Shown here piece after piece: positions 41,542-52,801 of a stretch of DNA of 64,000 nucleotides. This stretch comes from Patescibacteria group bacterium. GTDB taxonomy: Bacteria; Patescibacteriota; Microgenomatia; UBA8517. The translations under genes were made by a program, and so were the position numbers. Location: assembly GCA_026416845.1 (NCBI GenBank), contig JAOAEL010000007.1, positions 78-64,077 of the forward strand, written 5' to 3'. Each line of letters opens with the position of its first letter. Position 1 is the stretch's first letter. Under the pieces are notes generated by a model, which was given only the letters and a program-made list of their open reading frames with translations, searched no databases and had not been told where the DNA came from.

Positions 41542-42096
41542 CTAAAATTGTTTTTCTCTGCTAGTTGTTGAGCTTTTTGTTGTTGCTCTTCCTCCTTGCC
41601 ATTGTCCATGATAAGTTCGTACTGCTTTTCCTTTGATTTCCACAAAATAAATTTGCGCAAATCTGGCTCCAAGTTCTATTTCAGCAGGTTTGGCGTTATG
41701 GTTAATTAGTCCAAAATAAAGCTCTCCCTGATATCCCGGATCTATCATCCCAGTTCTTAGCATTATTCCTGAACGCAAGAGTGTTGATCTTGGCAATACC
41801 ATTGCCGCTATGTTTTCGGGCATGTTAACTTTTTCAATTGTTTTTACCAAGTAATAGACGTTTGGTTTAAATAAAAAACTTGACCTTTTATTTTTGTCAA
41901 AAATAGCGACTTCTCGCAGATCTGGGGTTTCTCGTTCTTCAATGCCTAAAAACAAACTTCCATCAAGTTCATATACTCTGTCAAGTTGTAAATCAAAAAC
42001 ACATCCCACTGGCGACTCCATGTCCCGTTTTGATAGTCCGGATATTAAATTGCGCTTTTTAATTAATTTTTTCAGTTCCGAATGACCAAGTATCAT
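41542..42096 (-). CDS. dcd: dCTP deaminase/dUTPase-family protein
   Basis: dUTPase-like beta-barrel motifs (GMIDPGYQGEL). Confidence 0.65.
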   Translation of the reverse strand: MILGHSELKKLIKKRNLISGLSKRDMESPVGCVFDLQLDRVYELDGSLFLGIEERETPDLREVAIFDKNKRSSFLFKPNVYYLVKTIEKVNMPENIAAMVLPRSTLLRSGIMLRTGMIDPGYQGELYFGLINHNAKPAEIELGARFAQIYFVEIKGKAVRTYHGQWQGGRATTKSSTTSREKQF

Positions 42097-42099
42097 AAT

Positions 42100-43266
42100 T
42101 TATTTATAATACTTTTTACCTTTTAATTTTTCAGGTAGCAAGTTTTCTTGATTGTACATTTTATAATCTTTTCCATAGCCTAAGTTTTTCATTAGTTTTG
42201 TTGGAGCGTTTCTGAGTTTAAGTGGTATAGGAAGGTTGCCGTGTTTTCTAACATCGCTTAGCGCTGATTGCAAACCTTCGTATGCGCTTCTATCTTTTTT
42301 GGCTGTCGCAAGATAAATAGCTCCATGAGCAAGATTGATGGCGCATTCAGGGTATCCTATTGTCTCGCATGCGCGAAAAACTTCATTTGCAACAACAAGC
42401 GCGGTTGGTTGCGCCATGCCTATATCTTCTGAAGCAAAAATAATCATTCGCCTTGCAATATAAAGCGGATCTTGTTCTGCTGATACCATTCTAGCCAAAT
42501 AATAAAGCGCCGCAGATGGATTTGATGCTCTCATACTCTTTATGAATGCGGAAATTGTGTTATAGTAATCCTCCCCCTTTTTGTCAAAAGTATACTGAGG
42601 TTTTTGCAGTGCTTGTTCAATGTGATTTATGGATATTTGAGAGTCATTAGTAAGATTTGATGCGATTTCCAAAACGTTAAGTAGCGTTCTGGCGTCTCCA
42701 TTTGAACTTTCAATTAGAAATTCTTTGGCGTTTTTCTCTATTTGGCATTTTAGTTTATCAAGGGCTTTATTTAGGATTTTTGACAAATCGTTTTTACCAA
42801 GTTGAGTAAGAGTTATAACGCGGCACCTTGATAATAATGGTCCAATCACTTCAAAACTTGGGTTTTCAGTTGTTGCCCCGATCAGAATAATCTTGCCTTT
42901 TTCAATATATGGCAGAAGTTTGTCTTGTTGTGCTTTGTTGAATCTATGAATTTCATCAATGAAAACAATTGGAGCTTGGCTTGTTTTATCTAAAGAGTTT
43001 ACAAGCTGTTGTATGTCACGACTTGAAGTGTTTACTGCCGAGAATTCATGAAATTCCCGATTTAGCTCGCTTGCTATAATTCTTGCAAGAGTTGTTTTTC
43101 CACTACCAACTGGCCCCCATAATATGATAGATGGAAAAAATTTTGTAGATTTTGAGTTTTTAATAAGCGTGTCGATCAATCCTCCCTTGCCAATTAAATG
43201 TTCTTGCCCTACATAATCTTTTAGGCGTTTAGGGCGCATTATTTCATACAAAGGAAATTTTCTCAT
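42100..43266 (-). CDS. rarA: Replication-associated recombination protein A (AAA+ ATPase RarA/MgsA)
   Basis: Walker A GPVGSGKTT, Walker B FIDEIHRF, and the MgsA C-terminal domain. Confidence 0.85.
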   Translation of the reverse strand: MRKFPLYEIMRPKRLKDYVGQEHLIGKGGLIDTLIKNSKSTKFFPSIILWGPVGSGKTTLARIIASELNREFHEFSAVNTSSRDIQQLVNSLDKTSQAPIVFIDEIHRFNKAQQDKLLPYIEKGKIILIGATTENPSFEVIGPLLSRCRVITLTQLGKNDLSKILNKALDKLKCQIEKNAKEFLIESSNGDARTLLNVLEIASNLTNDSQISINHIEQALQKPQYTFDKKGEDYYNTISAFIKSMRASNPSAALYYLARMVSAEQDPLYIARRMIIFASEDIGMAQPTALVVANEVFRACETIGYPECAINLAHGAIYLATAKKDRSAYEGLQSALSDVRKHGNLPIPLKLRNAPTKLMKNLGYGKDYKMYNQENLLPEKLKGKKYYK

Positions 43267-43405
43267 AAATTGATATTTAAGTATAAATTTGTATTTGAAG
43301 CAATCAAGATATTCTCTAATTTTTATTTTTCGTGATAATTAAGAATCAGATTTTTGTAAAATAGCAAAAAACTTTTGTAATTATTTGATTTTTGGTTTGA
43401 ATTAA

Positions 43406-44359
43406 TTATTTTAGTCCGAACTCTTGTTTGCGGGAGTCTCTTAAACGATAAAGTTCTATTATTCCTATGTTATTTTGATAGTCTGGAGTTCCAGGATAAT
43501 TTCTGTCTTTTAGTAGTCCACGAAAAAAATAATCTGCAACAGTATTATGTCTAAAAGTGGTCATTAGCCAGCCTATATCTTCTGCTGTTGCATTATAATA
43601 AGATGCTAATTCTTTCAGTTCTTCTTTTTCAAATATTTCGTTTAATGCTAAAATTCTATAACACAGATGTACTCCACGGACTCTAGGTGTACGAAAATAA
43701 TTTTCTATAGCTTGTTTAGAGGCAGCGACCAAAGCATATTCTATAGGCCAATTGTAGTTGAGATGATCTGAAGTAGTGCTAAGTGACATTTTCGAACCAC
43801 TATATCCAGCATCATCAATTCCGACAAAAGTTCCTGTTGGGTTTAATTCGAAGAAATTGATAATTTCATCTATGCTTAATTTTCTGCTCATTTTCCACCA
43901 AAGTTTTATATTTTGATATTCCTTTAACAAATCCAAATTGTCTATTGTGTGTTTAATTTCTAAAGGGCTTATACCTGTAGGAGGTGTAGATAGTATGATG
44001 GGTTTTTGACAATGTTGATCAATGCTTGCTATTAATTTAATTAATGATTGTATATACCTTAGTTTTGAGATGAAATGGACATTTTGTAGCAATTTTTCCA
44101 ATATTTCTCTTGATCTTCCTTGTTTTTGCCAAAACATTCTGAAATTTTCTATGTTTTCTTCATTGTTGCCCATCCAATTAGGATCTTCAAAAATATTTGG
44201 CGGGGTTGGTAGTTTTGATAATTCTTCAACTGTTTCTATTCTGTAAGCTTCTATTTGTAATTTTTTTTCTTCTGGTCTAGATTGTAAATCGTCTTGATTG
44301 GCTTCTGAGTTTTTCCCCCTTTTTTTTATTATTTCTTGTATTCTAGTTATCCATTCCAT
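43406..44359 (-). CDS. Hypothetical protein
   Basis: 317-aa ORF with no motif I recognise. Confidence 0.35.
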   Translation of the reverse strand: MEWITRIQEIIKKRGKNSEANQDDLQSRPEEKKLQIEAYRIETVEELSKLPTPPNIFEDPNWMGNNEENIENFRMFWQKQGRSREILEKLLQNVHFISKLRYIQSLIKLIASIDQHCQKPIILSTPPTGISPLEIKHTIDNLDLLKEYQNIKLWWKMSRKLSIDEIINFFELNPTGTFVGIDDAGYSGSKMSLSTTSDHLNYNWPIEYALVAASKQAIENYFRTPRVRGVHLCYRILALNEIFEKEELKELASYYNATAEDIGWLMTTFRHNTVADYFFRGLLKDRNYPGTPDYQNNIGIIELYRLRDSRKQEFGLK

Positions 44360-44509
44360 CTCGTATCTTGTTTTTCTTAACTGTACAAAAAAATTGTAAC
44401 ATATTTATTGTGTGATGAAAGGTTGGTTTTGTATTTTTTCACCTTGCAGAGGGTTAGATTTATTAAAATTAAAATAAAAATTTAAGGTTTAGTTGTTAAA
44501 TAAACATTT

Positions 44510-46319
44510 ATGAAACGGATAAAAGAATTTTCTTTCACTTTTTGGGCAGTTTTAAAAATAGCCGGCAGAGTTAACAGGCCGTTTTTGATAGGAGTGATTT
44601 TAACTAATGCTTTTTGGGGATTATTGTCATTGCCCGCCTTTTATTTGAACAAGCTTTTAATTGATGAAGTTTTGGAAAATATAGGAAATCCCACTTGGCA
44701 ATTAGGTATTAATTTTATAATTTTTTTGATAATTGCAAGATTATTCATAGAATTTTTACAAAATGTTTTATCGGGAGCAAGTCAGTTTTTGAAAGAAATT
44801 TTTTCAAATTTGCTTTACGACTATTTTGAACGTTCTTTCTCTGCAAAATTATCAGAACTTGACATAGCTACTGTCGATGATCCGGAATTTAAAAACAAGT
44901 TTGAAAAAATACAACGCGAAGGTAACCGTCGTTTGTGGGGGTTATTATCGCCATTGTCAGATATTCCAAACTATTTAGTTGGCTTTTTGTCCTCGATTTT
45001 TGTTTTGTTCTTTCTATCTCCTATTGCGGTGTTTGCTGTTGTATTGGTTTCTATTCCTGAGTTCTTTACTAATTCGCGGATTGTCAAAAAACGTTACGAT
45101 TTGGCAAACCGAATGGCTCCAATTTATAAACTTATGGGATGGCTTAATTATTACCTCATAAGAAACAGGAATTTCATGGAATTGAAAATCTTAAATCTTA
45201 CCCCCTTTCTAACTGAAAAATTAAAGAATGCTCAAGAAATTTGTCAAAAAGAAGAAATTGCTTTGAATGTGGAGCAACAAAAATTGCAAGTTTTAACTAT
45301 GATTCCTTTTACCATTTTGCAAATTTTTATGTCTGTTTGGTTAGTTGTTCTTACCTTAACCCAAAAGATAACTGTTGGTTCATTGCAATTTTATTTATCA
45401 ACTTTGGTCAATGCTCAAAGGAATCTTGCTTCTTTGGCAAATTCATTTGTTGCAGTTTATGAAAATTACATTTATGTCCTTATGTTAAGGATTTTATGTG
45501 GTTTATGTCTCTTAAGCCTTTAATTGATGATTCCAGAAAAGGTGTCATTCCTCAAGATGGGGAGTTGGTTATTAAGTTTACCGATGTATGGTTTAGGTAT
45601 AGAAAAAATCAGAAATCGATATTAAAAAATGTTAATTTTGAACTCAAGCAAGGAGAAAAAATTGCGATTGTGGGAGAAAATGGCGCAGGAAAATCAACTC
45701 TGATAAAACTTATTTCAAGATTTTATGACCCGCAAAAAGGCAAGATTACAGTAAATGGTGTCGATCTAAAGGAAATTGATTTAGCTTGGTGGAGAGGCAA
45801 GCTTGCGGTGATTTATCAGGATTTTGAGCAATATCCTTTTACCGCAAAGGAGTTCATTGGTTATGGATATGTTTCGGAATTGTCAAATTTGGAAAAAATT
45901 GTTTCGGTTGCTAAGAAAACAGGAATTCACAAGTACATTAATACTCTTGCAAAAAATACGACACTCCTTTAGCGCCTGATTTTGAAGGTGGAATAAATCT
46001 TTCTGCTGGTCAGTGGCAAAGTATTGGGATAGCAAGAATGTTGTTTAGGGAGAAATCCCAGTTTGTCATCATGGATGAACCTACAAGCAATGTGGATCCA
46101 GAAGCTGAAGAGAATATATTTAATGAGCTTGCTAAACTTTCAAGCGATAAAATACTTATATTTGTTACCCAAAGATTTTCTACAGTGAGAATTGCGGATA
46201 GAATCTTTGTTTTGGAAGGAGGAAAGATAATAGAGCAGGGAACACATCAAGAACTAATGGAACTTGATGGAAAATACAAAAAACTGTACTTACTGCAAAC
46301 CAAAGCTTATAATCATTGA
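44510..46319 (+). pseudogene. Fused ABC exporter (TMD-NBD, MsbA-like) interrupted by two frame changes
   Basis: Three consecutive ORFs carry the TMD (44510..45523), the NBD N-terminal half with Walker A GENGAGKST (45496..45972), and the NBD C-terminal half with LSAGQ signature and Walker B VIMDEP (46038..46319). The 45972 break lies at an A6 homopolymer and the 45500 junction is a frame change. This is either a real pseudogene or homopolymer sequencing error. Confidence 0.6.
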
Positions 46320-46981
46320 GAATTAAAATGGCAACCTTGTCGGATATTTTAACAGGCAAAAAAGTTCTGGAGAAAACCAATTCTAAGTACAATGGCGAGA
46401 TTACCGTGATTTACGATTTTGTCTTTGGCACTCATATAAAAGTTGGTGGACTTACACAGTCAGGAAAATTAATTAAAGAAATTTGGACAACTGCAATAAA
46501 AAAATCAAAAGTAAACAGGTTAAGTTTCAAAAGTGGATTGTTGCTTGGTCTTGGTGGTGGGTCTGTAGTTCATGTATGGAAGCGATTTTGGCCTGAGATG
46601 AAAATTGTTGGAGTTGATATAGACGCAAAGATGGTAGAGATGGGAGAAAAGTATATGAAACTTAACACGAAAGAGATGGAAGTAATGATTTCGGACGCTT
46701 TTGATGCTATAGTCAATTTAAAATTGCAATGCAAAGTCTTTGGTTTGATTGGTGTGGATTTGTATTTTGGGGACTGTTATCCAGATAAATTTGATAATGA
46801 AGAATTTCCGAAACTTTTAAAATCGCTTTTAGTAGAGAATGGTGTGGTGGTGTTTAACAGATTGTATTACGGAGATAAACGCCCAAGTTCTGCAAAATTT
46901 GGTAGAATACTTGAAAGTGTGTTTAATAAGGTTGATGTTGTTTATCCTGAGGCTAATGTGATGTTTGTTTGCAGTAATTAA
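46316..46981 (+). CDS. Spermidine-synthase-like (class I MTase fold) protein
   Basis: GLGGGS and VGVDID motifs resemble the aminopropyltransferase family. Confidence 0.4.
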   Translation: MRIKMATLSDILTGKKVLEKTNSKYNGEITVIYDFVFGTHIKVGGLTQSGKLIKEIWTTAIKKSKVNRLSFKSGLLLGLGGGSVVHVWKRFWPEMKIVGVDIDAKMVEMGEKYMKLNTKEMEVMISDAFDAIVNLKLQCKVFGLIGVDLYFGDCYPDKFDNEEFPKLLKSLLVENGVVVFNRLYYGDKRPSSAKFGRILESVFNKVDVVYPEANVMFVCSN

Positions 46982-47486
46982 TAATCAAATATTTATGAAA
47001 GAGAGTTATCAGAGGCTAGTTGATTTAGGTATTCTTGAACCAAATCAATTGTTATTGTTGGCATGGAAAGATGCTTATCCTGATTTTTACAGAATTTATT
47101 TGATTGAGAGACAAAATCAACATTGTGAGTATGAATCATTCCCTATAGGAATTGATAGATTGCAAATTTTTGTTTCATATAACACCAATCCATTGCCTAG
47201 AGTTGGAGCAAGAGTTGAAAATGAAATTGGATCGCCAACAACGATTGCTGATTTTGGTGCAATTACAGGTGCTAAAAATTGGCTTGAAGATTTGGAAAGG
47301 AACAATGTTGCTCATCCTTTTGTTAGATTTGTTAATGGCTTTCGAGTTTTGCAAAGTTCTGCTTTGTATTTGCCTCAAAACTTAATTTACATTGCAAAAC
47401 ACTTTAATAGAGGTGGAGAAGTTTTGTTGCTTGGTGCCAATTCAAATGATAATTGCCCAAAATTAAATACTAGTTTAATTGTTTAA
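46965..47486 (+). CDS. Hypothetical protein
   Basis: 173-aa ORF coupled to the upstream gene. No motif recognised. Confidence 0.3.
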   Translation: MFAVINNQIFMKESYQRLVDLGILEPNQLLLLAWKDAYPDFYRIYLIERQNQHCEYESFPIGIDRLQIFVSYNTNPLPRVGARVENEIGSPTTIADFGAITGAKNWLEDLERNNVAHPFVRFVNGFRVLQSSALYLPQNLIYIAKHFNRGGEVLLLGANSNDNCPKLNTSLIV

Positions 47487-47502
47487 TTAAAGCTTTTTCC
47501 CC

Positions 47503-48069
47503 TTAATTTTTAAACAAAATTGCAACTCCTATTGCAATCAAAATTGCAGGCCAAATTCTTTCGAAGTCAATTTTGCCTAGAATGCCAAAGTTAGAAAGCA
47601 AAAAGACTACGCCGACAAATATTAGTATAAATCCAAATACTTGTTTTGAATTTCTTTTTTGAACAGCCTGGTTAAATTTATTAGTTAATTCTTGAGCTTT
47701 TGAGTGCATTTCTAATGCATTATCTTGAATATCCTTATTGGTGAGAATTAAGTTATTAGAATTATAGCTTGGCAGTATTATCCATAAAATGATGTATATG
47801 AGAAATCCTGATCCTCCAAAAAAACAAAGAAAGATAAATATAATTCTCACAATTGTTGGATCAACATCAAAAAACTCTGCCAATCCTCCGCAAACACCCC
47901 CCAAGATCTTGTTGGTTTCAGATCTATAAAGTCTTTTGATGTGTTGGTCATCTTTATTAATTTTATTGATTTTTTCTTTTGTGTTGTTTTCTGTTGAATT
48001 GATTTTCTTTGATTTTTTGACTGCCATATCGTGTTTACATATTTTACTTTTTGAAATTAAATTTTCCAA
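47503..48069 (-). CDS. PspC-domain membrane protein
   Basis: RLYRS...ILGGVCGGLAEFFDVDPTIVR PspC motif, followed by TM helices. Confidence 0.6.
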   Translation of the reverse strand: MENLISKSKICKHDMAVKKSKKINSTENNTKEKINKINKDDQHIKRLYRSETNKILGGVCGGLAEFFDVDPTIVRIIFIFLCFFGGSGFLIYIILWIILPSYNSNNLILTNKDIQDNALEMHSKAQELTNKFNQAVQKRNSKQVFGFILIFVGVVFLLSNFGILGKIDFERIWPAILIAIGVAILFKN

Positions 48070-48136
48070 TTGATATGTTAGCGTACTATTGTGCTATTAA
48101 TCAAATGTAGTTTCTGTTAGAATCTATTCTTGACTT

Positions 48137-50914
48137 ATGCTTAAATTTTTCACAAAACTTCTTGATCTTAACGAAAAAGAAATCTCAAAATTAAGAAAAG
48201 TTGTTGATAAAATAAACTCGCTTGAAGATAAAGTAAGAAAACTTAAGGACAAGGAGTTTCCCAAAGAAACTCAAAATTTGAGAAAAAACGTAAAAGATGG
48301 TGAAATTTTAGAAAATATTTTGCCGTACGCTTTTGCTCTTGTTAGAGAAGCTTCAAGACGCGCTTTAGGCAAAAGACACTATGATGTTCAGTTAATGGCA
48401 GCGGTAGCTCTTTTTCAAGGAAAGGTTGTTGAGCAAAAAACAGGTGAAGGAAAAACTTTGTCGGCTGTTCCTGCTTTGTATTTGAGATCGCTTACAGGCA
48501 AAAGTGTACATTTAGTTACTGTAAATGATTATCTTGCCAGACTTGGGGCAGGTTGGAATGGACCCATATTTGAATTCTTGGGATTAAGTGTTGGTGTTGT
48601 TATTCAGGAAAATAAATCTTTTATCTATGACAAGTCTTACTCAGATTATTCTCATGGAGATGAAAGATTATCGCATTTAAGGCCTGTTAGCAGGAAAGAA
48701 GCGTATCAGGCGGATGTGACTTATGGGACTAACAATGAATTTGGTTTTGATTATCTTAGGGACAATATGGTTAATTCTCTTGATCAAGTAGTCCAAAGAG
48801 ATCACTATTTTGCGATTGTTGACGAAGTTGACTCTGTTCTTATAGACGAGGCACGCACTCCTCTTATTATTTCAGCTCCAGATACTGATCCAACTGACAA
48901 ATATTACAAGTTTGCCGAGCTTGTTGAGAAACTTAATCCAGATACAGATTTCAAGGTTGACGAAAAATATAAGACAGCAACTCTTACAGAGCATGGAATT
49001 ACAAGAGTTGAAAAAATACTCGGTGTGGATAATTTATACGAAAGCGATTATGAGGCGATTCATCATATAGAGAATGCTTTGCGAGCGAAAACTTTGTTTC
49101 TAAGAAATAGAGATTATGTGGTTAAGGATAATTCAATAATTATAGTTGATGAATTTACTGGCAGGCTAATGGTTGGTAGGCGTTGGAGCGATGGCTTGCA
49201 CCAGGCTATTGAGGCAAAAGAAAAAGTTCCAATTCAACAGGAAAGCAAAACTTTGGCAACGATATCGTTTCAGAATTATTTTAGGCTATATGAAGTGCTT
49301 TCGGGTATGACAGGCACTGCCGCCACAGAAGCGGAGGAATTCAAAAAGATATACAAGTTGGATGTGGTGGTTATCCCCACTCACAAACAAATGATTCGAA
49401 AGGATATGCCTGATGTGATTTATAAAACGGTTAGAGCCAAATATAGCGCTATTGTTGACGAGGTGGAAAAAAGACGCAGTAAAGGTCAACCGGTTCTTAT
49501 AGGTACCACTTCAATAGAAAAAAATGAGATATTGGGTAGTCTTCTTAGACGAAAGAAAATTCCGCATAACATTTTGAACGCAAAAAATCACGAAAAGGAA
49601 GCTTTGGTTATAGCTGACGCGGGCAAACCGGGAGCTGTAACTGTTGCTACCAATATGGCCGGGCGCGGAGTGGATATAATTTTAGGCGGGGTAATTCCTG
49701 ACAAGCCTGAAGGGATGTCCCAAGAGCAATTTGAGAAATCTCAAGTGTACAAAAATTGGAAAGCAGAGCATGACAAAGTAGTAAAAGCTGGTGGGCTTCA
49801 TGTCATTGGTACTGAGAGACACGAATCAAGAAGGATAGACAATCAGTTGCGGGGACGCGCAGGGAGGCAAGGAGATCCAGGATCTTCCCAATTTTTTCTT
49901 TCTTTGGAAGATGATCTTCTACGTATATTTGGTGGGGATCAGATTAAGTCTATTATGGATAAACTAAAAATTGGTGAGAATGAATCTATAGAAAATAGCT
50001 TGATCTCCCGTGTTATAGAACAAGCGCAGATTAAAGTTGAGGGATTTCATTTTGATTCAAGAAAACATGTAGTTGAGTATGACGATGTTATAAATCGTCA
50101 ACGCGATTTTGTTTATAAACTTAGAAGGAAAGTTTTAGAGTCAGAGGATCTCTCAAATGAAATACAAGAAAAGCTTGATTCTCAAATAGACAAAATAGCT
50201 CTTATATCAACTCTGGAAAATGGATTCATAGATGTTGAGACTTTAGTGAATCGCTTTGTTGAAATAGTTCCGTTTGATGACCCATCCAGAAAAAGAATGA
50301 AGAAAGAAGTGGAAAAGAGATTACAAGATATTGATCTTGTTAAGGATTTACTTAAGAAAGCGGTGAGAGATGTAATTGATGCACGCAAAAAAGAAGTTGG
50401 CGAAAGTGTATTTAAACAAATTTGCAAAGTTTCGTATTTGTCATCAATTGACAAGCTATGGATAGAGCATATTGACACTTTGGATGATTTGAGAAACAGT
50501 GTAAGACTTCGCGCTTATGGGCAAAAAGATCCTTTAGTTGAATTCAAAAACGAAGCTTACATGCTTTTTGAGAATCTTTTGGAAAATATAGATTACGAAT
50601 TATCGCTTCGATTATTTAGAATACAGGCTTTGCAAATACCATTTGAACCTCCGCTTGGCGATGCAAAGACAAATTTTGATAATAATGATAATACCGGATT
50701 GATTGACGCGACTGCCGATTATGTCGCAAAACAAGGAATGCCTGTGTTTGAAACCAAGGAACAAAAAATTTTAGACAAGGCTTTGTCCGATAGCAGATTA
50801 GGCGATGCCGGCAAAAAACAATCTATTTCAAAAGCAAAAATTGGGCGCAACGATCCTTGCTGGTGTGGCAGTGGTAAGAAGTGGAAGTTTTGCCATTATC
50901 CTCAGAAAAGTTAA
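48137..50914 (+). CDS. secA: Preprotein translocase ATPase SecA
   Basis: DEAD-like motor motifs at 925 aa and a C-terminal zinc-binding CxCGSGKK...C tail. Confidence 0.9.
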   Translation: MLKFFTKLLDLNEKEISKLRKVVDKINSLEDKVRKLKDKEFPKETQNLRKNVKDGEILENILPYAFALVREASRRALGKRHYDVQLMAAVALFQGKVVEQKTGEGKTLSAVPALYLRSLTGKSVHLVTVNDYLARLGAGWNGPIFEFLGLSVGVVIQENKSFIYDKSYSDYSHGDERLSHLRPVSRKEAYQADVTYGTNNEFGFDYLRDNMVNSLDQVVQRDHYFAIVDEVDSVLIDEARTPLIISAPDTDPTDKYYKFAELVEKLNPDTDFKVDEKYKTATLTEHGITRVEKILGVDNLYESDYEAIHHIENALRAKTLFLRNRDYVVKDNSIIIVDEFTGRLMVGRRWSDGLHQAIEAKEKVPIQQESKTLATISFQNYFRLYEVLSGMTGTAATEAEEFKKIYKLDVVVIPTHKQMIRKDMPDVIYKTVRAKYSAIVDEVEKRRSKGQPVLIGTTSIEKNEILGSLLRRKKIPHNILNAKNHEKEALVIADAGKPGAVTVATNMAGRGVDIILGGVIPDKPEGMSQEQFEKSQVYKNWKAEHDKVVKAGGLHVIGTERHESRRIDNQLRGRAGRQGDPGSSQFFLSLEDDLLRIFGGDQIKSIMDKLKIGENESIENSLISRVIEQAQIKVEGFHFDSRKHVVEYDDVINRQRDFVYKLRRKVLESEDLSNEIQEKLDSQIDKIALISTLENGFIDVETLVNRFVEIVPFDDPSRKRMKKEVEKRLQDIDLVKDLLKKAVRDVIDARKKEVGESVFKQICKVSYLSSIDKLWIEHIDTLDDLRNSVRLRAYGQKDPLVEFKNEAYMLFENLLENIDYELSLRLFRIQALQIPFEPPLGDAKTNFDNNDNTGLIDATADYVAKQGMPVFETKEQKILDKALSDSRLGDAGKKQSISKAKIGRNDPCWCGSGKKWKFCHYPQKS

Positions 50915-51117
50915 TCTAATTTTTTTATGTTTTTAAATATGTTTCGTGAAACTTAATTTTGATTCAGAAATGGTGATTATTTTTTTCAGGAGAATAATTT
51001 TATAAAATTTTTAAGTTTTTAGGTTGTAAATATTTGGTTTTAATTAATAACAAAAACACAAAAACCTTGATATTTTTTGATTTATTCAAACACTCACTAA
51101 ATTATTGCTTTAGTTTT

Positions 51118-52122
51118 TTAAACAGATTTGACGAGGATGCGTATCATTCTTTCAAATTCGATTGCAGATGTTTGGTATTCTTGGATTAGTTTTCTAGCTC
51201 TTTCTTCATCTTTGTTGATATACGTATTAGATTGATATATTTCTAATGAAGCGCCTAAATTGTGTAGGGAAGTGCCTAAAACTACAATCAAAGGCCATGG
51301 TGCTGAATTAAGAAAATTTATTAATTCTATACCTGTGTCATGTTCGTTAGATTCATTAGACTTGATTTTATTTGTTGTTGATTGTATCCCTTGTTGAAGA
51401 GCTCTTGTAGTTAAAGCTAATAAAGATTGAATTGCAGAATAAATTAATCCAATGTCTACTAATTTTTCAGTTCTTTCTTCTTGAGGATCGATTATAGCTG
51501 TTAACATGCGAGAGATTCCTAAATCCCAGTGTTCTATTAATGACTGACCAGCATTTATTATTTGACTGGTATCAAAGTAAATTACCCATTTATTTCCTCC
51601 TGCATTAAAAGATACCTGAGGAGGTCGATAATCAAGCGCTCGTGCAATTGAGGGAGTTAGATTGGGATAAAGACGTTCTAGAACTTCATGAAATGGTTTT
51701 TTACCGAAACTGATTTCTATTTCCATTTTTCTTATTTCTTCTAAAGCTTCGTCTAAACTTTCAGGTGGGACCATTGTTTTTAGCCTTTCTAAGATATTTA
51801 TCTCAATAAGATTTATATCTGCAAAAACTTGTATATTTCCTCTTTCTGTTGGGATATTGGTATTATCTGTTATTGTGATATTTAATTGTGACAATAATTC
51901 TTCTTTATTGTCTTTTATTGAAACACTTGTGCTTGAAGTTTGTTGCAATTCCCCTGGTAATTGTTTTTTTGGTTCTTGAATTTGATTTATTGTGATCCCT
52001 TCTCTTCTAATGATCACTTTTTCACTGATTAAACCCAAAAATGCCGCTGATAAACCTTGAATAAATTCTCTTCGAGTGCATTTTTGTTGTTTAGAGGGTT
52101 TTATTTTTTCTCGTTCTTGCAT
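51118..52122 (-). CDS. Hypothetical secreted protein with a twin-arginine-like signal peptide
   Basis: N-terminal TRREFIQGLSAAFLGL resembles a Tat motif plus an h-region. It lies downstream of the ECF sigma and anti-sigma pair. Confidence 0.4.
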   Translation of the reverse strand: MQEREKIKPSKQQKCTRREFIQGLSAAFLGLISEKVIIRREGITINQIQEPKKQLPGELQQTSSTSVSIKDNKEELLSQLNITITDNTNIPTERGNIQVFADINLIEINILERLKTMVPPESLDEALEEIRKMEIEISFGKKPFHEVLERLYPNLTPSIARALDYRPPQVSFNAGGNKWVIYFDTSQIINAGQSLIEHWDLGISRMLTAIIDPQEERTEKLVDIGLIYSAIQSLLALTTRALQQGIQSTTNKIKSNESNEHDTGIELINFLNSAPWPLIVVLGTSLHNLGASLEIYQSNTYINKDEERARKLIQEYQTSAIEFERMIRILVKSV

Positions 52123-52408
52123 TTGATGGTGATTTTATATAATTTTATGTTAAATTGCAAATTATATTTTAAATTTTTAAAGGCTTGTTTTACTTACTAA
52201 ATCAATTACATTTTGTTTTTTGATTTTGATATGCTTTTGAAATAAGACCTACACACTTAAAAACTAAAAAAGTAATAGTTTTTATTTCTGATTGAAAGAT
52301 TTTCCTTCAAGGCGGACTTCTTACTTCTGCTCTTAAGTATTTTTGTAGATTTGTCATTTTTCTTCCTCCTCTACTACTAATACTAGTGATACTTTTAAAA
52401 GTTTCGTT

Positions 52409-52801
52409 TCAATTTGAAAGATATTTTCGAGTTTCGCGAAGGCGAGCGGGTATTTGTGTAAGCCTTGTTTTGTGCGTTAAAAATAAAGCTAATGCAATAC
52501 TACCTAGTCCCAGTCCAAGAGTGCCTTTGTATGTTTCTTCAAACACATTAATTGCAAGTTGTTTAGCTGTTGCTAAATTTTGATTTTCTTCACTTGTTAT
52601 GTTTTGACTTGCTTGTAGGAAATTTTTGTGTTTGAATCTAGCAATTGTGCTATGTGTTGAATAAGCGGTAACACAAAGCAAAACTATGAGAGTTGGCATT
52701 GTGGCGGCGCACAAAAGATATAGCTTTTGTCTTTCACACTTGGCCACATTATGCATTATTTCTTTTGACAAATTTTCGCTGATGGCGTCTTTTATCTTCA
52801 T
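52409..52801 (-). CDS. Putative membrane anti-sigma factor
   Basis: Small single-TM protein whose start overlaps the stop of the ECF sigma gene by 4 nt. Confidence 0.35.
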   Translation of the reverse strand: MKIKDAISENLSKEIMHNVAKCERQKLYLLCAATMPTLIVLLCVTAYSTHSTIARFKHKNFLQASQNITSEENQNLATAKQLAINVFEETYKGTLGLGLGSIALALFLTHKTRLTQIPARLRETRKYLSN

